Of a stretch of DNA of 64,000 bases, positions 17,111 through 26,481 are shown one piece after another. Made by a program: the position numbers and the translations under genes. Each line of letters opens with the position of its first letter. Position 1 is the stretch's first letter. The notes under the pieces are model-generated. The model searched no databases. It was not told where the DNA came from and saw nothing but the letters and a program-made list of their open reading frames with translations. The DNA is from Victivallales bacterium (GTDB lineage Bacteria; Verrucomicrobiota; Lentisphaeria; Oligosphaerales; Oligosphaeraceae), in NCBI GenBank assembly GCA_017548425.1, contig JAFZAB010000167.1, forward strand, positions 2,202 to 66,201. Reading direction: 5' to 3'.

Positions 17111-17773
17111 ATGGCTGACATCTATGTTTTCATCGGCCCGCCGGGAGCCGGCAAAGGCACCGTAGGCGAAATGTTCTGCGAAAAAACCAAAGCCGTCCAT
17201 GTTTCGACAGGCGACATCCTCCGTCAGGAGATGGCTGCAGGAACTGACCTCGGCAACAAGGTCAAAGGCATCATCGCGGCCGGTGGCCTCGTTTCGGACG
17301 ACATCGTCGCCGAAATGGTTGAAAACAGACTGAAGAAAGACGACATCGTCGCCAATGGCTGCCTTCTGGACGGATTCCCCCGCACCGTTCCGCAGGCGGA
17401 AGCCCTCAAAGGCATCCTGCAGCGCACGAATCATCGCATGGCCGCCGTCGTTCTCATCGAGGCCGACAACGAAATGCTGATCACCCGCCTGACCTCCCGC
17501 CGCATGTGCAGCAACAAGGCCTGCGGCGCCATCTTCAACATCATCGCCATGCCGCCCAAGAAGGAAGGCATCTGCGACCGTTGCGGAGCCAAACTCTATC
17601 AGCGGACGGACGATACCCGCGAAGCCGCCCTCAACCGCCTTGACGTCTATGCCAAACAGACCGCCCCGCTCATCGACTTCTACGAAGCCGAAGGCAATCT
17701 GGTTCGCACGACATCCACGAACGACACCCCCGAAGTCAATTTCGCCCGTCTGATGGATGCCTTGAAAAAATAA
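17111..17773 (+). CDS. adk: Adenylate kinase with Cys-containing lid
   Basis: P-loop GPPGAGKGT, LLDGFPRT, and a lid segment C..C...CDRCG...QRTDD. Confidence 0.9.
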   Translation: MADIYVFIGPPGAGKGTVGEMFCEKTKAVHVSTGDILRQEMAAGTDLGNKVKGIIAAGGLVSDDIVAEMVENRLKKDDIVANGCLLDGFPRTVPQAEALKGILQRTNHRMAAVVLIEADNEMLITRLTSRRMCSNKACGAIFNIIAMPPKKEGICDRCGAKLYQRTDDTREAALNRLDVYAKQTAPLIDFYEAEGNLVRTTSTNDTPEVNFARLMDALKK

Positions 17774-17806
17774 AGGGAAAACAAAAGGCGTCTTGCGAAA
17801 TCGGGC

Positions 17807-18580
17807 ATGAAAATCAACATCTACAAAGGATCGGATCTGGAGGGCGTACGCGTTGCCGCGCAGGCTTCGGCATACGTCCTGCAACGTCTGTGCGAAGCCG
17901 TCACCCCCGGTATGTCCACGCTGGATTTGGACAGACTCGCCGCTGAATTCATCAAAGAGACCGGCGGCAAAAGCGCCTTTCTGAACTACCACGGCTACCC
18001 GGCCCAGATTTGCTGCTCCGTCAACGAAGTCGTCGTCCACGGCATCGGCCGGGCGGACAAAGTCATCAATCCGGGCGACATCGTCTCCCTGGACGTCGGC
18101 GTGTCCGTCGGCGGCTTCACGGGCGACAATGCGCGCTCCGTCGTGGCAGGCGGCGTCTCCACCCCCCTGAAGGACAAGCTTCTCGATGCGACCCGTCGTT
18201 CTCTGGACGCGGGCATCGCCGCCGCCGTGCCGGGCAACCGCGTATGCGACATCGGCGCGGCCGTCGAGAAGGTCGTCAAGGAGGCTGGTTTCTCCGTCGT
18301 GCGGGACATGGTCGGACATGGTTGCGGCAGGAAGATGCACGAAGATCCCCAAGTGCCGAACTACAGGCTGCCGGGCTTCTCGCCCGAACTCAAGCCAGGC
18401 ATGATCCTCGCCATCGAGCCGATGGTCAACGTCGGCACTTGGCGTATTACCATAGACAAGGAGGACGGCTGGACTGTCCGTACGGCGGACGGTTCACTGT
18501 CGGCCCATTTTGAACATCAGATATTGATAACCCAGAAAGAGCCGGAGGTGCTAACATGCCCAAATCGTCAGATTGCATAA
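17807..18580 (+). CDS. map: Methionine aminopeptidase type I
   Basis: Motifs [30 protein letters not shown] and FEHQILIT. Confidence 0.9.
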   Translation: MKINIYKGSDLEGVRVAAQASAYVLQRLCEAVTPGMSTLDLDRLAAEFIKETGGKSAFLNYHGYPAQICCSVNEVVVHGIGRADKVINPGDIVSLDVGVSVGGFTGDNARSVVAGGVSTPLKDKLLDATRRSLDAGIAAAVPGNRVCDIGAAVEKVVKEAGFSVVRDMVGHGCGRKMHEDPQVPNYRLPGFSPELKPGMILAIEPMVNVGTWRITIDKEDGWTVRTADGSLSAHFEHQILITQKEPEVLTCPNRQIA

Positions 18581-18777
18581 AAGTGGAGGGCGTCGTCAAA
18601 GAACTGCTCCCCAACACACAGTTCGTCGTCACATTGGAGAACGGCCATGAAGTCATCGCGCATATCTCTGGAAAAATGCGCATGCATTTCATCCGCATCC
18701 TCCCCGGAGACCAAGTCTCCGTGGAGCTCTCCCCCTACGACCTCACGAAAGGACGCATTTCCTATCGGAAACGCTAA
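18556..18777 (+). CDS. infA: Translation initiation factor IF-1
   Basis: Typical S1-like IF-1 sequence: [50 protein letters not shown] box upstream. Overlaps map by 25 nt. Confidence 0.9.
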   Translation: MPKSSDCIKVEGVVKELLPNTQFVVTLENGHEVIAHISGKMRMHFIRILPGDQVSVELSPYDLTKGRISYRKR

Positions 18778-18815
18778 TCCACCCCTTTTGCGAAAGCAAA
18801 ATCGGCAAAAAACAT

Positions 18816-18846
18816 CCGGACGGCACGCCGTCCGGCGTTTTTTTCC
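18816..18846 (+). terminator. Rho-independent terminator after infA
   Basis: CCGGACGG-cacg-CCGTCCGG followed by CGTTTTTTT. Confidence 0.6.
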
Positions 18847-18855
18847 TGCCCATAA

Positions 18856-18884
18856 TTGGATTTTTCCAAATATGGTGGTATATT
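18856..18884 (+). promoter_or_regulatory. Candidate sigma-70 promoter for rpmJ-rpsM-rpsK-rpoA-rplQ
   Basis: TTGGAT (18856-18861), a 17-nt spacer ending in TGG, then TATATT (18879-18884). Confidence 0.4.
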
Positions 18885-18972
18885 TTTATTTTGCATATAA
18901 ATCATTAACATAAAAAACGCATTCCTCCGCACCCATGGCGACATGGGAAACCAATCAGAAAAGGATCAGGTC

Positions 18973-19086
18973 ATGAAGGTAAGGGCATCCGTAAAACGTA
19001 TTTGCAACAACTGCCGCATTATACGGCGCGCAGGCGTTGTTCGTGTCATCTGCACAAACCCCAAGCACAAGCAGAGGCAAGGCTAA
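18973..19086 (+). CDS. rpmJ: Ribosomal protein L36
   Basis: Below the ORF-track size cutoff. Translates to [37 protein letters not shown], with an AAGGA box upstream. Confidence 0.85.
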   Translation: MKVRASVKRICNNCRIIRRAGVVRVICTNPKHKQRQG

Positions 19087-19132
19087 CCACAGCGAATCAA
19101 AACATTAACCATAGACAACACAGGACACGGAC

Positions 19133-19531
19133 ATGCCACGTATTCTAGGTATCGACATCCCAAACAACAAGCACATCAACATCTCCCTGCGCTACATCTA
19201 CGGCATCGGCCCCCATATCGCGGATGAAATCTGCCGTATGGCCAGCATCGATCCGTCAACGAAAGCGGGTGACCTCACCGAGGCAAATATCACCGCTATT
19301 CTGCAAATCCTCCAAGAACACTACACCGTGGAAGGTGACCTCAGACGCCAGGTGGCCCAGAACATCCGCCGCCTCATGGCCATCAACTCCTATCGTGGCA
19401 CACGCCACCGCAAAAACCTCCCCGTGCACGGGCAGCGCACCAAGACCAACGCCCGTACCCGCAAGGGCGGCAAGAAGACGGTCGGCGCCATCCGCGACAG
19501 GACCGAACGTAAGCAGGCCAACGCCAAGTAA
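19133..19531 (+). CDS. rpsM: Ribosomal protein S13
   Basis: MPRILGIDIPNNKHI...YRGTRHRKNLPVHGQRTKTNARTRKG. Confidence 0.9.
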   Translation: MPRILGIDIPNNKHINISLRYIYGIGPHIADEICRMASIDPSTKAGDLTEANITAILQILQEHYTVEGDLRRQVAQNIRRLMAINSYRGTRHRKNLPVHGQRTKTNARTRKGGKKTVGAIRDRTERKQANAK

Positions 19532-19564
19532 CAAATTATCATTTACAATAGGATTAATGTAATT

Positions 19565-19999
19565 ATGGCAGAAGAGCAAGTCACCACCACTCCCGAAACG
19601 ACAGCGGCGGCGCCGGCCGAAGTGAAACGCAAGGCCAAAGGCGGCAGACAAGTCCTCCAGGGCATCGTCCACGTCGATTCCACATTCAATAACACCCGTG
19701 TCGCCATCTCCGACATGCAGGGCAACATCCTGTCATGGTCAACCGGCGGCAAGCTCGGTTACAAGGGTTCCCGTAAATCCACCGCCTACGTCGCGCAGCT
19801 GATCGCTACCGACGCCGCGAAGAAAGCCATGGCCACCTACGGTCTCAAGGAAGTCGAGATCGAAGTCAAAGGCCCGGGCGCTGGCCGTGAATCCGCCGTC
19901 CGCGGCATCGCCGCCGCCGGCCTCGAAATCACCGTGCTTCGCGATGTCACGCCCCTGCCGCACAACGGCTGCAGACCGCCGAAAAGACGCCGCGTCTGA
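19565..19999 (+). CDS. rpsK: Ribosomal protein S11
   Basis: [16 protein letters not shown]...[13 protein letters not shown]...[18 protein letters not shown]. Confidence 0.9.
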   Translation: MAEEQVTTTPETTAAAPAEVKRKAKGGRQVLQGIVHVDSTFNNTRVAISDMQGNILSWSTGGKLGYKGSRKSTAYVAQLIATDAAKKAMATYGLKEVEIEVKGPGAGRESAVRGIAAAGLEITVLRDVTPLPHNGCRPPKRRRV

Positions 20000-20103
20000 C
20001 AGACCACTGTCCCGTTTTCGTCTTTCCCCCCGTCCGCATCATCTTTTGGATCAAGTGATTCAAATCGCGGACATCTGCAACGTTTTATACGAAGGAGAAC
20101 AAC

Positions 20104-21153
20104 ATGCCAGGCATTGAAGGATTCGAGCTCCCCCAAAAAGTCGATGTTGAAATTAGCGATGTGAATGAATTCGGCGTGCCGCTGAAAGCCACATTCACCA
20201 CGGAACCTTGGGCGCACGGATTCGGCAACACCATCGGTAACGCACTTCGCCGAGTCCTGCTCTCGTCCATGGAAGGGGTCGCTGTCTCCAGCATCCTCAT
20301 CCCTAAAGTCGCCCACGAATTCAGCTCCATTCCGGATGTTCTCGAAGATGTCATGGACATCATCCTCAACATCAAGAAACTGAAATTCACGTGCGACGGC
20401 GAGACGCCCCACACCGTGGAACTCTACGCCGACAAAGCCGGTCCAGTCACAGGCGCCAACATCCGTGAAGACGGTATCGTCACCGTCCTGAACAAAGACC
20501 AGATCATCTGCACATTGGATACGGACCGCCAGTTCGAAATGCATCTCGAACTGGATCGCGGCAAAGGCTACCGCCCGTCCGAAATGAATAAACGAGACGA
20601 CCAGCCCATCGGAACCATCCCTGTGGACTGCCTCTTCTCCCCCATCGAACGCGTTTCATACGACGTCCAGGCCTGCCGCGTCGGTTCCAACACCGACTAT
20701 GACCGCCTTGAACTGACGGTCTGGGCAGACGGCCGTATCGATCCGCGCGACGCCGTCAAAAAGGCCGCGCGCATCCTGACGGACCATCTCGCCGTCTTCG
20801 TCGGCGACGCCAAGGAATCCGGCCTCGGCAACGCCCCCGCGGATATCCCCGAATTTGATGAGGAAAGCCTTGATAAGATTCAAAAGCTGTGCCAAGGAGT
20901 CGATACCCTCGAGTTCTCCGTTCGTGCCGTCAACGTTCTCGAAGCCTTGCAGATCAAGCATATCTTCGAACTCGTTGAAAAGCCCGAATCCGAACTGCTC
21001 AAACATCGGAACTGCGGCAAGAAAACCGTTCAGGAAATCAAGCAGAAGCTGCAGGACATCAACCTCGGCATCGGCATGACCTTGACGGATGATATCAAAA
21101 ATGAAGTGACTCGCCGTATCGCGGCTGAGCAAGTTTCGAACAAAGAGGATTGA
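20104..21153 (+). CDS. rpoA: DNA-directed RNA polymerase alpha subunit
   Basis: GFGNTIGNALRRVLLSS in the N-terminal domain, and a C-terminal domain with LEFSVRAVNVL and CGKKTVQEIK. Confidence 0.9.
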   Translation: MPGIEGFELPQKVDVEISDVNEFGVPLKATFTTEPWAHGFGNTIGNALRRVLLSSMEGVAVSSILIPKVAHEFSSIPDVLEDVMDIILNIKKLKFTCDGETPHTVELYADKAGPVTGANIREDGIVTVLNKDQIICTLDTDRQFEMHLELDRGKGYRPSEMNKRDDQPIGTIPVDCLFSPIERVSYDVQACRVGSNTDYDRLELTVWADGRIDPRDAVKKAARILTDHLAVFVGDAKESGLGNAPADIPEFDEESLDKIQKLCQGVDTLEFSVRAVNVLEALQIKHIFELVEKPESELLKHRNCGKKTVQEIKQKLQDINLGIGMTLTDDIKNEVTRRIAAEQVSNKED

Positions 21154-21158
21154 CCTAG

Positions 21159-21620
21159 ATGAGACATCGTAAGCACACTTTTAAAATCGGCCGCACGTCC
21201 GGTCACCGCAAGTCATTGCTGGCCAATGCAGTCTGCAGCTTGATCGAGCATGGTCGTATCAAAACCACGCTTGTCAAGGCCAAGGAAATCCGCCGCGTTG
21301 CTGAAAAAATGGTGACCTTCGGCAAGATCGGCACCCTCCATACCCGCAAGCTGGCCATCGCCACCCTGCATCAGGTGGACAAAGTCCGCACACTGTTCGA
21401 CGTCATCGCCCCCGGATTCAAAGAACGCCCCGGCGGCTATACCCGCATCATGAAGCTTGGTCCGCGTATCGGTGACGCCGCTGAAATGTGCCTCATCGAA
21501 TTCGTTGAAAACGATGCGACCGTCAAAGCCCGCAAAGAAGCTCCCGCCGCTGCTGAAGAAGCCCCGAAGGCTGAAGAAGCCCCCAAGGCCGAAGCAGAAG
21601 CTCCGAAAGCTGAAAACTAA
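21159..21620 (+). CDS. rplQ: Ribosomal protein L17 with A/P/K/E-rich C-terminal tail
   Basis: MRHRKHTFKIGRTSGHRKSLL, GGYTRIMKLGPRIGD, and the tail EAPKAEEAPKAEAEAPKAEN. Confidence 0.9.
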   Translation: MRHRKHTFKIGRTSGHRKSLLANAVCSLIEHGRIKTTLVKAKEIRRVAEKMVTFGKIGTLHTRKLAIATLHQVDKVRTLFDVIAPGFKERPGGYTRIMKLGPRIGDAAEMCLIEFVENDATVKARKEAPAAAEEAPKAEEAPKAEAEAPKAEN

Positions 21621-21660
21621 TCGATACCAGCCTGAATGACCGTTCAGGCGGCGAATGAAA

Positions 21661-21699
21661 AAGCCGGCAGCATTTCCCGTTGCCGGCTTGTTTTGTCTT
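21661..21699 (+). terminator. Rho-independent terminator after rplQ
   Basis: AAGCCGGCA-gcatttcccgt-TGCCGGCTT followed by GTTTTGTCTT. Confidence 0.65.
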
Positions 21700-21715
21700 A
21701 AAAACTATTGCCTCC

Positions 21716-24601
21716 ATGTTCACCCTCTTCTCAACAACGGAAATCACGCAACTTGGCATCACGGCCAAGAGATTCCGCCATCCATGTGGCATGGAAGTGC
21801 TCAGCCTCGAATGCGACGACACGGAAAATCTCTGCGCGACGTCGTTTCTCACCATTCCGCAGGACAGTTCGGGCGTCCAGCATATCATCGAGCATTGCGT
21901 CTGCGAAGGATCGCTCCACTTTCCCGTGAAGTCGCCGTTCTCCGAACTCGAACGCACCAGCATGGCGACCATCCTCAACGCCTTCACTTACAACGACCAC
22001 ACGGTCTTCCCGTTCGCGTCAGTCAATCCAACGGATTTTTTCAACATCTTCGAAGTCTATTGGGACTGCGTCTTCCATCCGACACTCAAGCCGGAAGTCT
22101 TCCGCCAGGAAGGCTGGCATCTCGCCTTCCAATCCGCGCGCATTAGTTCAAAATTGATCGAAAACGGAATCGTCCTCAATGAAATGAACGCCACCATGGC
22201 CGAACTGGATTCCGTCATCGAAAACGAACTGCTGAAAAAACTTCTGCCGGAATTTCCGATTTCGAATAATTCAGGCGGCGATCCGGAGCAAATTGTCCGT
22301 CTTTCGTATGAAGACTTTCTCGCATACTATCGCGGCCATTACGTCCCGTCAAACGCCAAGATTCTCCTCTACGGAAACATCCCCACCAAGCGGAAGCTTG
22401 ATTTCATCGAACGCCATCTGGCTGATTTGGACACAACCGCTACAGCCGATCCCCAGCCTCCCAAGCCACGTTCACATACATGGCGAAGCCCGAAAAACGC
22501 CACCATTCCAACCGTGGCGCAGCCGGATCTCCCAGCAGAAGAACAAACGGCATGGGCCAAAGCATGGCTCGTCGATGCGCACGCCTCAATCCAGACAAGG
22601 CTGCTTGCGGATCTTCTCGATTCCATTCTCTTCGACAATGAAGGCGCACCGTTGAAAAAAGCGATTCTCGAATCCGGAATCGCCGACGACCTCTATTCGA
22701 ATTCAGGCTTCGACACCGAAACGCCGCAAGTCGTCTTCACGGTCGGCGCGACGGGCCTCAAGCAGGAAGACATTCCCGAACTGCGCACTCGCGTCATGGA
22801 CACATTGCAACACTTTGCGGCTGAAGGACCAACAACTCTTCAGCTCGACACCGCCTTCCGCCAGTTGAAAATCGAAAAACTCGAAATCGATGGCGCATTC
22901 CTCTACAATCTCATCGACGATGTCTTCGACGGTTGGCTGCATGACGACAATCCGCTCGTCACGCTCGACTGCGCCAAATCACTGGACGATCTGGAAACGT
23001 TGCTTCACAAACAGCCCGACATTCTCACGGATTTCGTCCGTAAAAACATCATCGACAACAAACGCTCCGTCGATCTTCAATACATCCCTGACTTCACGTT
23101 AGGCTCGCGCAATGTCAAGGCAAAGGAACAACGCCTTCGCGCTCTCAAGGCGAGCATGTCGAAAGAGCAATTGAAAACCATCGCCGAACAGCAGAAGCAA
23201 CTTCTCATACGGCAGACGACGCCAGACACGCCGCAGGCTCTCGCCGCCCTCCCCGCCTTGTCGCGAAAAGACATATCGCCTTATCCGCTAGAGTTTCATC
23301 CAGAACGGCTTACCTCTGAAGGGCAACCGCCCGTCCTATCGGAAGACGTCCGCACAAACGGCCTCCACTATCTGAAAATCGCCTTTCCTTTGGAGATTTT
23401 CAGCCAAGACGAACTGGACATCTTGCCGTTCTTCATCTCCATGCTCAACCATGTCGGAACAGCCAACCACGACTACGCCACCTTCGACGATCTGCTGGCG
23501 GCCGTCGGGGCCGACATGGAAATCGACTATTCGCTTGAAAGCGACATCGCCGCAGGCGGCCTTTTGCACGGCATCCTGTCCTGTCGCTTCAGCGCCTTGG
23601 CCGAAACATGGCCGCAAGCTCTTGAATATCTGGACGAACGGCTGACACGCACGGTCTTCACCGAACGCAAACGCATCATGGAGTTGCTTCGCCAGCGCAA
23701 CAGCAAATACAGGCTCTCCGTTCAGGAAGACGCCCACCTCTTCACCCGTATGCGTACAGGAGCGGGACTGACCACACAGGCGACCTGTGTCGAACATTGG
23801 CAAGGACTTACACATTATTTGGCATGCCGCCATGCGGCTTCCATGACGCCGTCAAAACTGACGCCGCTTTTGGAACGTTTTGAAGCAATGATGGCCAAAT
23901 TGGCCACCGCGACACCGCTCGCCATCGCGCATGTCGGCCCCGCCGCAGGCCGTGCTGCGCTGTTGGAGCGTTGGCAAAAGCCGTCGTTGCAACAACCGCC
24001 GCCGTTCGAGCTTCCACATGGATGGTCATTCCCTCAAAACGGACGGATTGAAGCCTATCCGCTCTCCTGCGACGTCGGCGCGACAGCGCTCTACCATCGT
24101 GCTCCCAAATTCGCATCTTCCGATTGCGCACCGCTTTGCGTCTATGCGGAACTGCTCGGCAATGGCCCCGTATGGGAACAGATTCGCATTCAACGCGGCG
24201 CTTACGGCGCATCATGCCGCTACTTCCCGTTTGAAGGCTTATGGTACATCGGTTCGGCACGCGATCCAAATCCATTGGAGACCATGGACATCATGACGGC
24301 GATTGACCAAACCGACCACATCTGGACGGATCGTGAATTGGAAGGCGCCATCATCACTCAGCTCAAGGAAGCGCCGCCACGTCCAGCAAGGCGTTGCGAC
24401 ACGCTCCTGTTCACCGAACTCACAGGCTACAGCTATGACTTGCGTCTGCAACACCGCCAACAGCTCCTGCAACTCAGTTTGCAAGACGTCAAACAGGCCG
24501 CTGAACGCCTTCGCGATTCCGTCGGAACCAACCGCAACATCTGTATCGCCGCAAGCAGACCGCTCCTCAAAAAATCTTCCTTGGACATCATATCTCTTTA
24601 G
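21716..24601 (+). CDS. M16C-family (PreP/insulinase-like) zinc metallopeptidase
   Basis: HxxEH motif in GVQHIIEHCVCEGS, followed by NAFTYNDHTVFPFAS. About 960 aa. Start placed at ATG 21716, after the terminator, rather than the alternative start at 21680. Confidence 0.8.
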   Translation: MFTLFSTTEITQLGITAKRFRHPCGMEVLSLECDDTENLCATSFLTIPQDSSGVQHIIEHCVCEGSLHFPVKSPFSELERTSMATILNAFTYNDHTVFPFASVNPTDFFNIFEVYWDCVFHPTLKPEVFRQEGWHLAFQSARISSKLIENGIVLNEMNATMAELDSVIENELLKKLLPEFPISNNSGGDPEQIVRLSYEDFLAYYRGHYVPSNAKILLYGNIPTKRKLDFIERHLADLDTTATADPQPPKPRSHTWRSPKNATIPTVAQPDLPAEEQTAWAKAWLVDAHASIQTRLLADLLDSILFDNEGAPLKKAILESGIADDLYSNSGFDTETPQVVFTVGATGLKQEDIPELRTRVMDTLQHFAAEGPTTLQLDTAFRQLKIEKLEIDGAFLYNLIDDVFDGWLHDDNPLVTLDCAKSLDDLETLLHKQPDILTDFVRKNIIDNKRSVDLQYIPDFTLGSRNVKAKEQRLRALKASMSKEQLKTIAEQQKQLLIRQTTPDTPQALAALPALSRKDISPYPLEFHPERLTSEGQPPVLSEDVRTNGLHYLKIAFPLEIFSQDELDILPFFISMLNHVGTANHDYATFDDLLAAVGADMEIDYSLESDIAAGGLLHGILSCRFSALAETWPQALEYLDERLTRTVFTERKRIMELLRQRNSKYRLSVQEDAHLFTRMRTGAGLTTQATCVEHWQGLTHYLACRHAASMTPSKLTPLLERFEAMMAKLATATPLAIAHVGPAAGRAALLERWQKPSLQQPPPFELPHGWSFPQNGRIEAYPLSCDVGATALYHRAPKFASSDCAPLCVYAELLGNGPVWEQIRIQRGAYGASCRYFPFEGLWYIGSARDPNPLETMDIMTAIDQTDHIWTDRELEGAIITQLKEAPPRPARRCDTLLFTELTGYSYDLRLQHRQQLLQLSLQDVKQAAERLRDSVGTNRNICIAASRPLLKKSSLDIISL

Positions 24602-24612
24602 AAACAAAAGAC

Positions 24613-25296
24613 ATGCCATCCATCACCCTCATAGACATCACAAGACCGGACGCAGATTTTCCATCGGAAGACGCCGTTCCCGTTCTGAATCTTCCAGACA
24701 GACAAGACCGCGACGCTTGGCTTCCGCGGCTCATCCGCGCCAAACATCCGTTCACGATTGCTTCATTGGAAGCCATTTCACAAGAGGAAGTTACGCGTCT
24801 GGCAGAGACTTGCAAACGCCGCAAGCTTCCCGTCGTTATTCTCAACGCCTACCGCCTCATTCCCGCATTCGCACGACTGCGGGAAGTAACTGTATCTGGC
24901 TGTCTTGGAGTAATTGATACCGTCCAAATCCATGTTCCAGCCGCCGCTTCCGCCGTTCTCTGCGCCGATTTGGCACGATGGCTTCTTCCCAACGCTTCCC
25001 CCGACGTCCTTTCAACGGTTGACGGCCATCGCATCGACGTTGCCGTGTCCGGCCCCAACGGCCAGGCGGAAGCGTCGCTCGACATGGCTTCACGCGATGC
25101 CTCACTCGTCATTCGCATCGGCGAAACAAGTCGCACAATCACCGTCCCATCAGTTACTTCCGCATATTCAGCGGAACGCGACATCCTGTCCAACACCCTC
25201 CCCTTCGCCCACCGCTGGCCGCTCCTCATGCATGTCGATGACGTGGCATCGGCCATCGCCATGGCCGATGCTTTCGCCGCAAACATCAAAAAATAG
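24613..25296 (+). CDS. Hypothetical protein resembling Gfo/Idh/MocA oxidoreductases but lacking the N-terminal dinucleotide-binding segment
   Basis: 227-aa ORF 11 nt after the peptidase gene. The segment KHPF..S..E...L...C....LPVVILNAYRLIPAFARLRE....G.LG resembles the middle of Gfo/Idh/MocA proteins. No GxGxxG motif is present. Confidence 0.4.
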   Translation: MPSITLIDITRPDADFPSEDAVPVLNLPDRQDRDAWLPRLIRAKHPFTIASLEAISQEEVTRLAETCKRRKLPVVILNAYRLIPAFARLREVTVSGCLGVIDTVQIHVPAAASAVLCADLARWLLPNASPDVLSTVDGHRIDVAVSGPNGQAEASLDMASRDASLVIRIGETSRTITVPSVTSAYSAERDILSNTLPFAHRWPLLMHVDDVASAIAMADAFAANIKK

Positions 25297-25387
25297 GCGT
25301 CCTTTCTTGAAATCACAAGATTATGGAGTAAATTAACAGTTCATCATAATTTCAAAACACATTCACATATAACCTCAGGTAACATTC

Positions 25388-25831
25388 ATGGAACAGAAGA
25401 CCTATCTTCCGAAAGTCAATGAAATTGAACGCAAGTGGCACGTTGTCAATGCCGAAGGCCAGGTTCTCGGCCGTCTTGCCGTTCAAATCGCGAACATCCT
25501 CCGTGGCCGCAACAAGGCCATCTACACCCCGCATCTGGATACCGGTGACTTTGTCATCGTCATCAATGCGGAAAAGGTCGTGCTGACCGGTCGTAAGAAC
25601 ACCAGAAAGATCTATCAGGACTACTCTGGCTACATGGGCGGTCTGCGTGAGCAGACGGCGGACGTCATCCGCAAGAAGCATCCTGAACGCATGATTCTGG
25701 ACGCCGTTTGGGGCATGATGCCGAAAGGCCGCCTCGGCCGTGAACAGTTCAAGAAGCTCAAAGTCTATGCCGGAGCGGAGCATCCGCATGCGGCGCAGAA
25801 GGCCGAGCCGCTTGAGATCAAATTTGCGTAA
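25388..25831 (+). CDS. rplM: Ribosomal protein L13
   Basis: [35 protein letters not shown]. Confidence 0.9.
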   Translation: MEQKTYLPKVNEIERKWHVVNAEGQVLGRLAVQIANILRGRNKAIYTPHLDTGDFVIVINAEKVVLTGRKNTRKIYQDYSGYMGGLREQTADVIRKKHPERMILDAVWGMMPKGRLGREQFKKLKVYAGAEHPHAAQKAEPLEIKFA

Positions 25832-25872
25832 TAATCAATAATATATATAGTTAGGAGCCAAAAGGAACAAGC

Positions 25873-26271
25873 ATGTCCGAACCCAACGAAGTTTACATTG
25901 CAGTCGGCAGACGCAAGACCGCCAGCGCGCGTGTCCGTCTCATTCCGGGGACTGGTAAAGTCACCGTCAACAAACGCGCTTTTGAAGATTATTTCCCCAC
26001 CGAAGCCATGCGCGGATTCGCAGTTCAGCCTCTCGTCATCACCGGCAAACAGGCTGACTTCGACGTCATCGCCAATATCACGGGCGGCGGCAACATCGGT
26101 CAGGCCGGTGCTCTTCGCCACGGCATCACCCGCGCCCTCATGCTCTACAATGCAGAACTTCGCCCCACCCTCAAGGCCGCCGGCATGGTGACCCGTGACT
26201 CCAGAGAGAAGGAACGTAAGAAGCCCGGTCGTCCCGGCGCCCGCAAACGCTTCCAGTTCTCCAAGCGTTAA
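25873..26271 (+). CDS. rpsI: Ribosomal protein S9
   Basis: GRRKTASARV...GGG..GQAGA.RHGI.RAL...DSREKERKKPG..GARKRFQFSKR. Confidence 0.9.
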   Translation: MSEPNEVYIAVGRRKTASARVRLIPGTGKVTVNKRAFEDYFPTEAMRGFAVQPLVITGKQADFDVIANITGGGNIGQAGALRHGITRALMLYNAELRPTLKAAGMVTRDSREKERKKPGRPGARKRFQFSKR

Positions 26272-26293
26272 TTCGCCTTTCTGCTTCCTTTCA

Positions 26294-26328
26294 ACGGACG
26301 GTGCCTTTCGCACCGCCCGTTTTTTTTG
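26294..26328 (+). terminator. Rho-independent terminator after rpsI
   Basis: ACGGACGGTGC-ctttc-GCACCGCCCGT followed by TTTTTTT. Confidence 0.6.
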
Positions 26329-26481
26329 CCTAAAAAACGTCCAAAGAAAGTCCCCCGCCGCCATCTCATGACTTGCATATCGCCAAGATTCTGTTAAGTT
26401 ATGAATGAGTCATTTTGCCTGCATTCATGCAGTGCGTCCATCATTTTATAAATCACGTGTCCTTTCCATTCGGAGAACCTT

